Source: Lentisphaeria bacterium (lineage in GTDB: Bacteria; Verrucomicrobiota; Lentisphaeria; JABSQK01; JAWLHB01). From it: a stretch of DNA of 64,000 bases. The position numbers were made by a program, and so were the translations under genes. Of the stretch, positions 18,947 through 27,234 are shown piece by piece. Each line of letters opens with the position of its first letter. Position 1 is the first letter of the stretch. The DNA lies in the NCBI GenBank assembly GCA_041690595.1, contig JAWLHB010000002.1, positions 186,001-250,000 of the forward strand, given 5' to 3'. A model generated the notes under the pieces. That model made no database searches and was not told the origin of the DNA. It worked only from the letters and a program-made list of their open reading frames with translations.

Positions 18947-19547
18947 GATGAATACGGGGGTTGGTGGTTTCCGCTTGCACGGCTTGACGGCGATCCACCT
19001 GAATGCGGGCGCGCCGAGCCCCGATGATCAGGATCGCCACCAGCAGGCCGAGCGACAGGGCGATCCACTTGCCCCAGTGGATCTTCTGCGAGCTGAGCGC
19101 AAAGGGCATGATGATGGGCTCCACCTGCCCGGGCAGGTCGACGGCGAGCGCATACTTGCCGCCGGGTGGTAACTGGTCTTGAAGCGTATAGAGATTCTCC
19201 AGTTCGGAGGAGGCAAAGCGCAGGGAGCGCAAAGGCTTGTCGTCGCGCAGCAGCGTCAGGGTGAGCGGTCCGTCGTAGAGGCGGTTGTGGCGCAGATTGA
19301 AGAGGACCAGAAAGAGCCGCACCTCCTCGGGCTGCTGCGCATCCATCTTGTCGATGCCCTGGAAGTCGTAGACTACCAGCGAAAGCTCGTAGTCGTCGCT
19401 CTGCGCCAGGTACTCCTCGAGCGGTACCTGGGGATAGTTGTCGAAGTAGTTGAAATGAGGCAACCCCTTGAAGTGATGGCCGGGCGCGGGCGACACGCCG
19501 GCCAGAGTCGCCAGCAGTATGATCAGGTACAGCGATAGTCGATTCAT
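18936..19547 (-). CDS. Hypothetical exported protein with C-terminal membrane anchor
   Basis: Signal-like N-terminus followed by HHFKGLPHFNYF; C-terminal TM helix WIALSLGLLVAILIIG; overlaps both neighbours in the operon. Confidence 0.7.
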   Translation of the reverse strand: MNRLSLYLIILLATLAGVSPAPGHHFKGLPHFNYFDNYPQVPLEEYLAQSDDYELSLVVYDFQGIDKMDAQQPEEVRLFLVLFNLRHNRLYDGPLTLTLLRDDKPLRSLRFASSELENLYTLQDQLPPGGKYALAVDLPGQVEPIIMPFALSSQKIHWGKWIALSLGLLVAILIIGARRARIQVDRRQAVQAETTNPRIHHAS

Positions 19548-20482
19548 CGTGATTTCACTCCAACATGCAGACAGTTGACAGGACAGACCACCAGACATTC
19601 CCCGCAGAGGGAACAGTCGCGCGTTTCATCCGCACGAGGATTCACCCCCATCGGGCAGATCGTGGCGCACGAGTTGCAGCGGGACGGACAGGCGGGCGCG
19701 TGCCGATGCAGCCGCACCAGAGGGCGGCTGCCGATGGCCCCGAGCAGGCGGCCGGTCGGGCAGAGGTTGCGGCAGGTGAATTGCGAACCGAAGACCATAT
19801 CCAGGAGGGCGAAGACCAGGATGGCCCCAATACCGGCACTGAGCACCCCGAAGGCGAGTCCCTGAAAGAGGGTATGCCCGACGGCAAGATAGGGCAGGAG
19901 CAGGGCCCACAGCCCTTGGCCAAAGAGCCAGGTGGCTCCCAGTCCGCCCAGCAGCAGTCCCCACGCCACCCCCCGGTTCAGCGTGATCTCCGGCAAGAGC
20001 AGGAAGCGCCGGCAGGCCCGTCGAAGGCGACCGATCGTGAAGAAGAGCAGCGACGCCGGGCAGATGTAGCTGCAGAAGACCCGCCCGAAGAGCAGGGCCA
20101 GGAGCAGCGGCACCAGCAGCCCCAGCGCGAAGCCAAGCTCCAGGCCATGGCCGCGGCTGAGCACCGTCAGCGCCGCGATGGGATCCGTAAAAGGAACCCC
20201 CATCAAGCGGATCGACCAGGTCATGCCGCCGCTGCTTTGCGCTATCAGCAGTGGGTCGCCAAACAAGCCGAAGAAGGCCTCGGCCCGTTCGTAGAAGAAA
20301 CGTGTGGTGGAGCCCGCGCTCAACTCCACCAGCCGAGCGTTGTTGTGCGCCACCTTGAAGTTGATGTAGATGGTGTTCCAGGCAATCCCGCAGAGCAGCA
20401 GCAGTACGCCGACCCGTGTGACCACGGAGGTCAGGAGCAGGACCATGCCGCTCGGGAAGCGCTTGCGAAGGGGTGCAGCCAT
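19544..20482 (-). CDS. napH: NapH/MauN-like quinol dehydrogenase membrane subunit
   Basis: FTDP, GRVFCSYICP, CRNLCPTG, CNSCATICPMG, CSLCGECLVVCP; TGATG coupling with the napG-like gene. Confidence 0.8.
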   Translation of the reverse strand: MAAPLRKRFPSGMVLLLTSVVTRVGVLLLLCGIAWNTIYINFKVAHNNARLVELSAGSTTRFFYERAEAFFGLFGDPLLIAQSSGGMTWSIRLMGVPFTDPIAALTVLSRGHGLELGFALGLLVPLLLALLFGRVFCSYICPASLLFFTIGRLRRACRRFLLLPEITLNRGVAWGLLLGGLGATWLFGQGLWALLLPYLAVGHTLFQGLAFGVLSAGIGAILVFALLDMVFGSQFTCRNLCPTGRLLGAIGSRPLVRLHRHAPACPSRCNSCATICPMGVNPRADETRDCSLCGECLVVCPVNCLHVGVKSR

Positions 20483-21087
20483 CAGCTCGCGCCTCCATTG
20501 CCCGATGACCGTTGGTAACCGCGGGGCATGACCCGTATCGCCTGCGGCATCTGAACGCACGCCTGCTCGCACAGCCCGCATCCCACGCAATAGTCCGAGT
20601 TGACCTTGGGCTGTTCATAGAGCCCCACAGTCATGGCCTTTCCCGGCAGCGGGCAGGCATGATAGCATGACCCGCAGGTGCGCCCTGAAAAGGAATAACA
20701 GAGATCTTCCGATACTACCGCCGTTCCCATCCGCACCGCCAGCATGCCTTCCTGCGTCGCGGGAAGCTTCCGCAAGGCCCCCGTCGGGCAGACCTGGGTG
20801 CAGGCCATGCAGAGGATACACGCCTTCGCCCGCGGCTGGATGACCGGCGTCGCCAGATCATCCAGCCCCCGTTCGAAGTTCAGCATCCTGATGCAGGTGT
20901 TCGGGCAGACGCTCGCGCACTGACCGCACCCGATGCACAGATCGGCGAACTCCTCTTCCGGTCTGGCGCCGGGGGGACGCAACACCCGGTGCAGGCGCCA
21001 CCGCTCCGGCAACCGGCCAAGCAGCGCCAGCCCAAGCGGAGCGGCTGCCCCGGCAAGCAGACTGAGAATGAAGTTACGACGTTTCAT
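20482..21087 (-). CDS. napG: NapG/MauM-like periplasmic ferredoxin
   Basis: Tat-like MKRRNFI; LRPPGA; CIGCGQCASVCP, CILCMACTQVCP, CGSCYHACP, CVGCGLCEQAC. Confidence 0.82.
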   Translation of the reverse strand: MKRRNFILSLLAGAAAPLGLALLGRLPERWRLHRVLRPPGARPEEEFADLCIGCGQCASVCPNTCIRMLNFERGLDDLATPVIQPRAKACILCMACTQVCPTGALRKLPATQEGMLAVRMGTAVVSEDLCYSFSGRTCGSCYHACPLPGKAMTVGLYEQPKVNSDYCVGCGLCEQACVQMPQAIRVMPRGYQRSSGNGGAS

Positions 21088-21102
21088 GGCGTGGGGACGA
21101 CA

Positions 21103-23724
21103 TCATAGCAGCTCGACGCGAGCCGCGCATTTCTTGAAGTCGGCCTGTCCGGAGATCGGATCGAAGGCGCGGTGAGTGGTGCCGTTGGCCAGCCATCGGT
21201 TCTTTTCCGGATCCGCCGAATCGGCTACCGAAAGATTCCACGGGCTGAAGAGGAAGCCCTTCGGCACCGTATTTCTCGCCGGCCGAACCTTGGAGTCGAG
21301 GCCGATCGAGACCCGCGCCTCGATTGCCCCGCGACGGGTGGTGATGCGCACCCACTGTCCATCCTTGACCCCCAGCTCGGCAGCATCGTCGGGATGCATC
21401 TCGACGTACATCTCCGGCACGAGCTTGCTGGTGGTACCGGCGCGGATGGTCTTGCTGGTGTGGAAGTGTTCGTAGACGACGCCAGTGGCCCACCAGAAGG
21501 GATACTTGTCGGCCGGTACGGTGCCCGCCTTCTTGCCGAGAAACTCATGGTGCGGCAGTTCCGGTGTCAGTCCGGCATCCCGCGCCTTGACCAGCAGGTC
21601 GTAGCGGTCGATGATGTGCGCATTCGGTTCGACACCGTACTTCGAGAGTTCGTCCGTAATCTCGCGGTAGTTCGTGTAGTCCTGATGGCACATGTGAATG
21701 TGCAGCTTCCCGTCAGCGTGACGAAAGGCCCCGTACGGCTTGCCTGGCCAGTCGCCTTCCTGAGACATGTAACGCCGCTTGATGCCGCCGGCTTTCGCGA
21801 TTGCCGCCGTCGGCGCCGGCCACATGATACCGCGCAACTCCCGAATCTGCTGGTAGGGCGACTTGCCCGTCTCCTTCTCCACTTCCAGGATACCGGTCAG
21901 ATCCGAATCCGTCCCCTTCGAGGCTTTGATGAAATCCCGGAAGACATCCTCCGGATCATAGAAACCGTTGGCCTTCCGCTGGTAGGGGAAGATCTTCTTG
22001 CCGTCCAGCCCCAGCCGGTCGGCGATCATGATACCCTTGTCAATCACCATGTCCATGTCTGGGCGGCATCCCTTCACCGGATTGCCGGTGCCATCGGTAA
22101 CGAAAAGCCGCCGCTCCGACTGGACATAAAGGCCGCCCACCCACTCGCCCCAGGTGGCGGCGGGAAGGATCACGTCCGCATACAGGTTGTTCGGCGCATC
22201 CTTGTAGATCTCCTGCACCACGCAGAAGGTCTTGCTCAGGGCCGGCCGAACCAGATTGTTCACATCCGGCAGGTCGATATGTGTTGCATAGATCAGGAAC
22301 ATCACCAGAACATCATCCTTGAGCGCGCGCTCCATCATGCCCACTGCCATGCCTTTGTTTTCCATCTCCGCGACCGCGGCCAGCCGTTCCCGCGGGATGC
22401 CCCAGCAATCGGCCATGCGGTTGCGGTGCTCGACGTTGTCCAGCCCCTCGTTGAAGGGAAGTCGGCCCGTCAGGCCGCCGGTGAAGCGTTCGCCCATGGC
22501 GTTAGGCTGCCCGGTCTGCGAATGCGGCCCACAGCCGGGGCGCCCCACGTTGCCGGTCAGTGCCATCAGGTTGATGATGCTCACGGTGTTGTTCTGACCG
22601 TGCAGGTGCTGATTATAGCCGATGCCCCAGATACAGAGGACACCGCCCGTTCCCCGCTTGCGACCTTTCATCGTGGCTTCCGCCCAGTGGCGCGCGATCT
22701 CGTAGATCTTCTCCGCGGGGACCATCGTCCGGTCCTCGACCTCACTCGGCTTGTAACCCTTCTTCACCTCCTCGACGTAACTCTCCCAGCCGGCGGTGTG
22801 CTCCTTGAGGAAGGTCCAGTCGATTGCCTCCGGGTGCCGCTCGAGGAGCGCGTACGCGATCGCGTTATGGATCGAGATGTCACCATTGATGGTGGGGAAG
22901 TGGTAGCTGTTGTTCGAGTTGACCGCCTCCAGTCCCTGCACCGTCCCCGTCCGCCGGGGATCGACCACCAGCGTCGGAATATCGTTCTTCGACTTGTGGT
23001 CGGCGACCCGCCAGAAGAGGATGGGATGCGATCCGCGGGCATTGTGTCCCCAGAAGCAGATCATGTCGGCAAGCTCCACGTCATCGTAGCAGGTGGGCGG
23101 CGTATCCGAGCCCAGGGACTTGTAGTAACCCGTCACTGCTGAGGTCATGCACATGCGCGCATTCGCCTCGATGGTATTGGAGCCGATGATGCCCTTCATC
23201 AGGATGTTTTCCAGGTACTGCCCTTCCAGCGTCAGCTGCCCGGAGCCATAGAGCCCTACGCTGTTGCCCCCGCGCGCCTTGACGATTTCGGCCACCCGAT
23301 CGGCGATCAGCTCCTCGGCCTCGTGCCAGCTCGCTTCACGGAAGTGTTGCGGATCGAAGGAGCCCTTCGTCGCCGACACATGTCCCCGCAGGGGATCCGA
23401 CATGTCCTTGCGGATCAATGGCTTATCCAGGCGGTTGACATAGATCGCCTCCGCCGAGGTCAACCCCTTGATGCACTGCAGCCCTTTGTTCGTCGGGTGA
23501 TCCTTGTCTGGAATGATGTTGGTGATCCGGCCCTTGCGCGTCTGAATGATGGTGCCGCAGCCGACACCGCAGTAAGGACAGGCAGCCAGAAGATTGGTTG
23601 GCGCTTCCTGTTTCTCCAGTTCGATCTCTTCCCCTGGGGCGACGGCCCAGCCTTTGCTTGAGGCAAGCGCAGCCGCGGTGGCGGCAGTGGCGGCGGTTCC
23701 CTGGATGAATGTACGTCGTTTCAT
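21103..23724 (-). CDS. Tat-exported Mo-bisPGD oxidoreductase of the nitrate reductase (NapA/NasA) family
   Basis: MKRRTFIQG Tat signal; CPYCGVGC…CIKG 4Fe-4S motif; YGSGQL; EANARMCMTSA (Cys Mo ligand); TGQPNAMG; C-terminal VEMHPDDA, FDPISGQADFKKCA. Confidence 0.9.
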   Translation of the reverse strand: MKRRTFIQGTAATAATAAALASSKGWAVAPGEEIELEKQEAPTNLLAACPYCGVGCGTIIQTRKGRITNIIPDKDHPTNKGLQCIKGLTSAEAIYVNRLDKPLIRKDMSDPLRGHVSATKGSFDPQHFREASWHEAEELIADRVAEIVKARGGNSVGLYGSGQLTLEGQYLENILMKGIIGSNTIEANARMCMTSAVTGYYKSLGSDTPPTCYDDVELADMICFWGHNARGSHPILFWRVADHKSKNDIPTLVVDPRRTGTVQGLEAVNSNNSYHFPTINGDISIHNAIAYALLERHPEAIDWTFLKEHTAGWESYVEEVKKGYKPSEVEDRTMVPAEKIYEIARHWAEATMKGRKRGTGGVLCIWGIGYNQHLHGQNNTVSIINLMALTGNVGRPGCGPHSQTGQPNAMGERFTGGLTGRLPFNEGLDNVEHRNRMADCWGIPRERLAAVAEMENKGMAVGMMERALKDDVLVMFLIYATHIDLPDVNNLVRPALSKTFCVVQEIYKDAPNNLYADVILPAATWGEWVGGLYVQSERRLFVTDGTGNPVKGCRPDMDMVIDKGIMIADRLGLDGKKIFPYQRKANGFYDPEDVFRDFIKASKGTDSDLTGILEVEKETGKSPYQQIRELRGIMWPAPTAAIAKAGGIKRRYMSQEGDWPGKPYGAFRHADGKLHIHMCHQDYTNYREITDELSKYGVEPNAHIIDRYDLLVKARDAGLTPELPHHEFLGKKAGTVPADKYPFWWATGVVYEHFHTSKTIRAGTTSKLVPEMYVEMHPDDAAELGVKDGQWVRITTRRGAIEARVSIGLDSKVRPARNTVPKGFLFSPWNLSVADSADPEKNRWLANGTTHRAFDPISGQADFKKCAARVELL

Positions 23725-23754
23725 GGGGTACTCCTTCGTGTAAATCGATACGGG

Positions 23755-25803
23755 TTAATCTTGCTGATGACGCAGATAGGTGATGATGTCGTGCACATCG
23801 TCCTCCTGAAGCGAAGCCAGCCCCTCCGCGCCGATAAAGGCGCGCATGGCAGTGCCAACTCTTCCCTGGCGGACCGTTTGAATGATGTAGTCGTCGCTGG
23901 CTGCTTTCAGGAAACCGGGAAGGCCGATCCCGGGTCCGACGCCGCCGGCGCTGTAGCCCTTCCCGCCCGGCGCGTGGCACGAGGAGCAGTACTGCTGGTA
24001 GGCCGCCTTGCCGGCCCCAACATCTCCATGCACCCGCTTGGTGTTGTCGACATGGATGCTGACTGGATTCTCCGGCGGATTGGCACGCAGCCACGCCAGG
24101 ATGTCGTTCACGTCATCCTCGCTCAGATCCGGCCGCGGCACCATGGCCGTTCCCGTCCTGCCTTCACGAATGGCGGTTCTGATAAAGCTGTCCGAGGCGA
24201 TGGCCAGAAAATCGCGGTTGCGGATGGCCGGTGCCATCCCCGGCTTGCCTTGTCCATCGTCCTGATGGCAGGACGAACAATTGGCGCTGAAGAGCTTCTT
24301 GCCGTGAACCGGATCAAGGGTTGTCTTCGGCGCCTGGCTGACCGGTGCCGAAGGGGCCGGAACGCGCGGTACTTCCAGGCTGCGCAGGTAGGCTACGATA
24401 TCCCTCGCATCGTCCTCAGAGAGGTTCGCCAGACCATTGGCCCCAACAAACGACCGCATCGGCGTTCCCGCGCGGCCGAGCTTCAGCGTCTGCATGATGA
24501 AATCGTCACTGGCTACATTGAGGAAGCCGTCCAGCCCGATACCCGGACCGCTGCTGCCTGCGCTGTAGCCTTCGCCCCGCGGCCCATGGCAGGAGGAGCA
24601 GTAGCGGACATAATGGCCGGCCCCGGCCGCCACGTCACCGTTGTACACCTTGTGCGGGTCAACCGTGACCTGCACCGGATTGGCGGTCGGCATGGCACGA
24701 AGCCAGGCGACGATGGCCGACAGCTCCTCCTCACCAAGATCCTTCCGCGCCGCCATCGTGGTGCCCGGTCGCCCCTCCTGAATGGTCGCCTTAATGAAGT
24801 CATCCGACGCCAACGCCAGAAAGTCACGGTTGCGAATGCTGGGAGCGAGGCCGACCCGGCCGAATCCATCATCCTGATGGCAGGAGGAGCAGTTGGCGGC
24901 AAAGAGCTTGCCGCCGGCGGCCACCGGACTCAACCCCGCGATGTCAATGCCGCCCTGATCGCCCGATCCATCAGCCAATGAGCCCGCGCCGGGGAGAGCA
25001 AGCGTCGCGAGGTAAGAGGCCAGATCGCGCATCTGTCCATCATCCAGCGCCTGAGCCATCGGCCGCATCATCGCGCCGGCGGCATCCTTGGGATCGCTAC
25101 CGCGAATCCCTTCCTTGAAATTCCGCATCTGCGTCAGCAGATACCAGTCGTACTGACCGGCGAGGGGGGGTGCGTTCAACGCCTTGTTGCCGCCGGCGTC
25201 CGCCCCATGGCACGAAACACAGGTGCCATACAATTGTTTTCCGCGTGCCACATCACCATCGAGCGATGGCGCCGGCGCGGCAACCTTCGCCTCTCGCATC
25301 GACGCAATGTAGTCCGCCACCTGGCTTACCGCCTCTTTCGTGGAGAGCCCCTGGACCATGCCGGTCATCTGGGAACCAAGCGTATCGCGCGGGTCGCCGC
25401 CACGCACTTTGTTGCGATAATTATCCACCTGTCGCTCGATATACCAGCTATCCAGTTGGCGCAGAGACGGCGCTTTCAGTTGCGCGTTGCCCTCGCCGGA
25501 CTGACCGTGGCAGGCGCCGCACGCCAGGTAATGGCTCTTGCCGGGGTGCTTTCCACCCGCCGACACCACCAGTGCCTGTGGTGCCGAGTCCGCCAGCCCC
25601 ATGGAAAGCCGGGCTTCATAGGTCGCGATCTTTTCCCGATCCTGCGAGATCCGTTCGCGAGCCTGCCAGTACAGATTCAAGACGCCGAAGAAGATGACGC
25701 TGAAAAGCACCCCGCCCGCCACCAGAAGGATCTCCAGAAAGAAACGGGGTACGGGCAAGCGCCGGGCAGATGATTCGTCGGTTGGTTCGGGAGCGCTGGA
25801 CAT
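23755..25803 (-). CDS. Membrane-anchored six-haem class I cytochrome c (c4-like dihaem plus duplicated dihaem module)
   Basis: Six CxxCH motifs (CGACH, CVSCH, 4x CSSCH), each followed by a candidate distal Met; N-terminal TM helix. Confidence 0.9.
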   Translation of the reverse strand: MSSAPEPTDESSARRLPVPRFFLEILLVAGGVLFSVIFFGVLNLYWQARERISQDREKIATYEARLSMGLADSAPQALVVSAGGKHPGKSHYLACGACHGQSGEGNAQLKAPSLRQLDSWYIERQVDNYRNKVRGGDPRDTLGSQMTGMVQGLSTKEAVSQVADYIASMREAKVAAPAPSLDGDVARGKQLYGTCVSCHGADAGGNKALNAPPLAGQYDWYLLTQMRNFKEGIRGSDPKDAAGAMMRPMAQALDDGQMRDLASYLATLALPGAGSLADGSGDQGGIDIAGLSPVAAGGKLFAANCSSCHQDDGFGRVGLAPSIRNRDFLALASDDFIKATIQEGRPGTTMAARKDLGEEELSAIVAWLRAMPTANPVQVTVDPHKVYNGDVAAGAGHYVRYCSSCHGPRGEGYSAGSSGPGIGLDGFLNVASDDFIMQTLKLGRAGTPMRSFVGANGLANLSEDDARDIVAYLRSLEVPRVPAPSAPVSQAPKTTLDPVHGKKLFSANCSSCHQDDGQGKPGMAPAIRNRDFLAIASDSFIRTAIREGRTGTAMVPRPDLSEDDVNDILAWLRANPPENPVSIHVDNTKRVHGDVGAGKAAYQQYCSSCHAPGGKGYSAGGVGPGIGLPGFLKAASDDYIIQTVRQGRVGTAMRAFIGAEGLASLQEDDVHDIITYLRHQQD

Positions 25804-25890
25804 AAGGCTTCTCGTCAGTTCAAAATGTTGATCTCTGGGTGAATCTCCCGACCGTCCGCAGCGCGCAGACAGGTTGGCATTAAAGGAATA

Positions 25891-25908
25891 TCAGTATTCT
25901 AGTACTGA
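25891..25908. promoter_or_regulatory. Palindromic candidate operator in the divergent promoter
   Basis: TCAGTA-ttctag-TACTGA inverted repeat in the AT-rich spacer between the cytochrome gene and moeA. Confidence 0.35.
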
Positions 25909-26007
25909 AATGCAAGTTTGCTCTTGAAAAAAGTCTTTTCGCGGTGCAGCTTGATCTGGAGAACGCAGCCCCTCCCCTGCTGCACAAGCGATAAGGAGAT
26001 CGCGATA

Positions 26008-27234
26008 ATGATCACTCTGGAAGAAGCCTGGACAAGAATTCTGGCCGCATCCACGGCCCTGCCGCCGGTGGTTCTGCCACTGGAGGAAGCCGCGGACAGG
26101 TGGCTGGCTTCGCATGTCGCCGCCGATCGCGACATGCCGCCGCACGATCGCGCAGCCATGGATGGTTTCGCGGTCGCCAGCAGGGATCTGCGCGATGGCC
26201 CGACTACTCTGCGCGTGGCGGGTGAAGTGGCCGCCGGCGCGAAGATGTCAACGCCACTCACCCCCGGCGCCTGCCTGCGGATCTACACCGGCGCGAATCT
26301 ACCCCCAGGCTGTGACGCGGTCGTACCGGTGGAAGTGACCTCACAGCGCACCTTCAGCGACACCATGCAGGCGGAAGTCACCTTCAGCGGTCCAGTGGAG
26401 TCCGGCGCCCACATCTTCAAACAGGGCGAGAACGGGCGGCAGGGCGATGCGATTCTGAGAACCGGCTCCCGCCTCGAGGCAATCCAGATCGGCCTTTGCG
26501 CGGCGGTCGGCCAGACGCAGGTCATGGTCCACGGCCTGCCGCGCGTCTCGATCCTCACCACCGGCGCCGAGTTGGTCTCCTCCACCGTCGCCGCCGCCGT
26601 TCATCAGACACGTGACAGCAATGGGCCGCTGCTCGAGGCCGCCCTGCTTCAGGCTGGTTTTCCGGCGCACCCGCCGCGCCGGGTCCCGGACGATGCCGCG
26701 GCCACCGTGCAGGCGTTGCGCCAGAGTGCCGGCCAGGCGGAGGTTGTCATCATCACCGGCGGCGTCTCCGCGGGGCGTCACGACTATGTGCCCGGCGCGA
26801 TGGCGGCGCTGGCGACCATCCACTATCACGGCGTCGCCATGAAGCCCGGCAAGCCTCAGCTCTTTGCTGCCTCCGCCGACGGCACCCTCTTCTTCGGCCT
26901 CCCCGGCAATCCGGTGAGCGCCCTCTGCGGACTCCACGAGTTCATCCTGCCGACCCTGCGCCGGCTGGCGGGCTGCCTACCTGAAGCCTGTCGTCCATGC
27001 TGGCGCATGCCACTTGCCTCTCCGGTCAAGGGGCGTGCGGATCGGCAGCGCCTCATGATGGCCCGCCTCGTCACGACCCAGCATGGCCTGTCCGCCGATC
27101 CCGTGAGCAACAGGGGATCTGCCGATCTGGTGGCTGCGGCGATGGCCGACGGCGTCATCGTACTCCCCTGTCGCGATGTCGCGCTGTCGGCAGGCGACCA
27201 GATCGATTTCCGCCCCTGGAGAAGCTTCCGATGA
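26008..27234 (+). CDS. moeA: Molybdopterin molybdotransferase MoeA
   Basis: PPHDRAAMDGFA, IYTGA, TGAEL, DSNG, TGGVSAG…DYV, MKPGKP, GLPGNPVS; AAGGAG RBS. Confidence 0.95.
   Translation: MITLEEAWTRILAASTALPPVVLPLEEAADRWLASHVAADRDMPPHDRAAMDGFAVASRDLRDGPTTLRVAGEVAAGAKMSTPLTPGACLRIYTGANLPPGCDAVVPVEVTSQRTFSDTMQAEVTFSGPVESGAHIFKQGENGRQGDAILRTGSRLEAIQIGLCAAVGQTQVMVHGLPRVSILTTGAELVSSTVAAAVHQTRDSNGPLLEAALLQAGFPAHPPRRVPDDAAATVQALRQSAGQAEVVIITGGVSAGRHDYVPGAMAALATIHYHGVAMKPGKPQLFAASADGTLFFGLPGNPVSALCGLHEFILPTLRRLAGCLPEACRPCWRMPLASPVKGRADRQRLMMARLVTTQHGLSADPVSNRGSADLVAAAMADGVIVLPCRDVALSAGDQIDFRPWRSFR

Noticed and set aside
21103..23724. Calling the Mo enzyme arsenite oxidase/IdrA, formate dehydrogenase, or plainly napA
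   Set aside because: It has a four-Cys 4Fe-4S motif and a Cys-Met ligand loop (not the Cys/Sec-His of Fdh), and there is no Rieske subunit. The napA symbol is withheld because the motifs are mixed and napB/napD are absent.
25825..25965. FNR/Crp box in the divergent promoter
   Set aside because: Only TTGAT half-sites are present; neither has ATCAA at the required 4-bp spacing.
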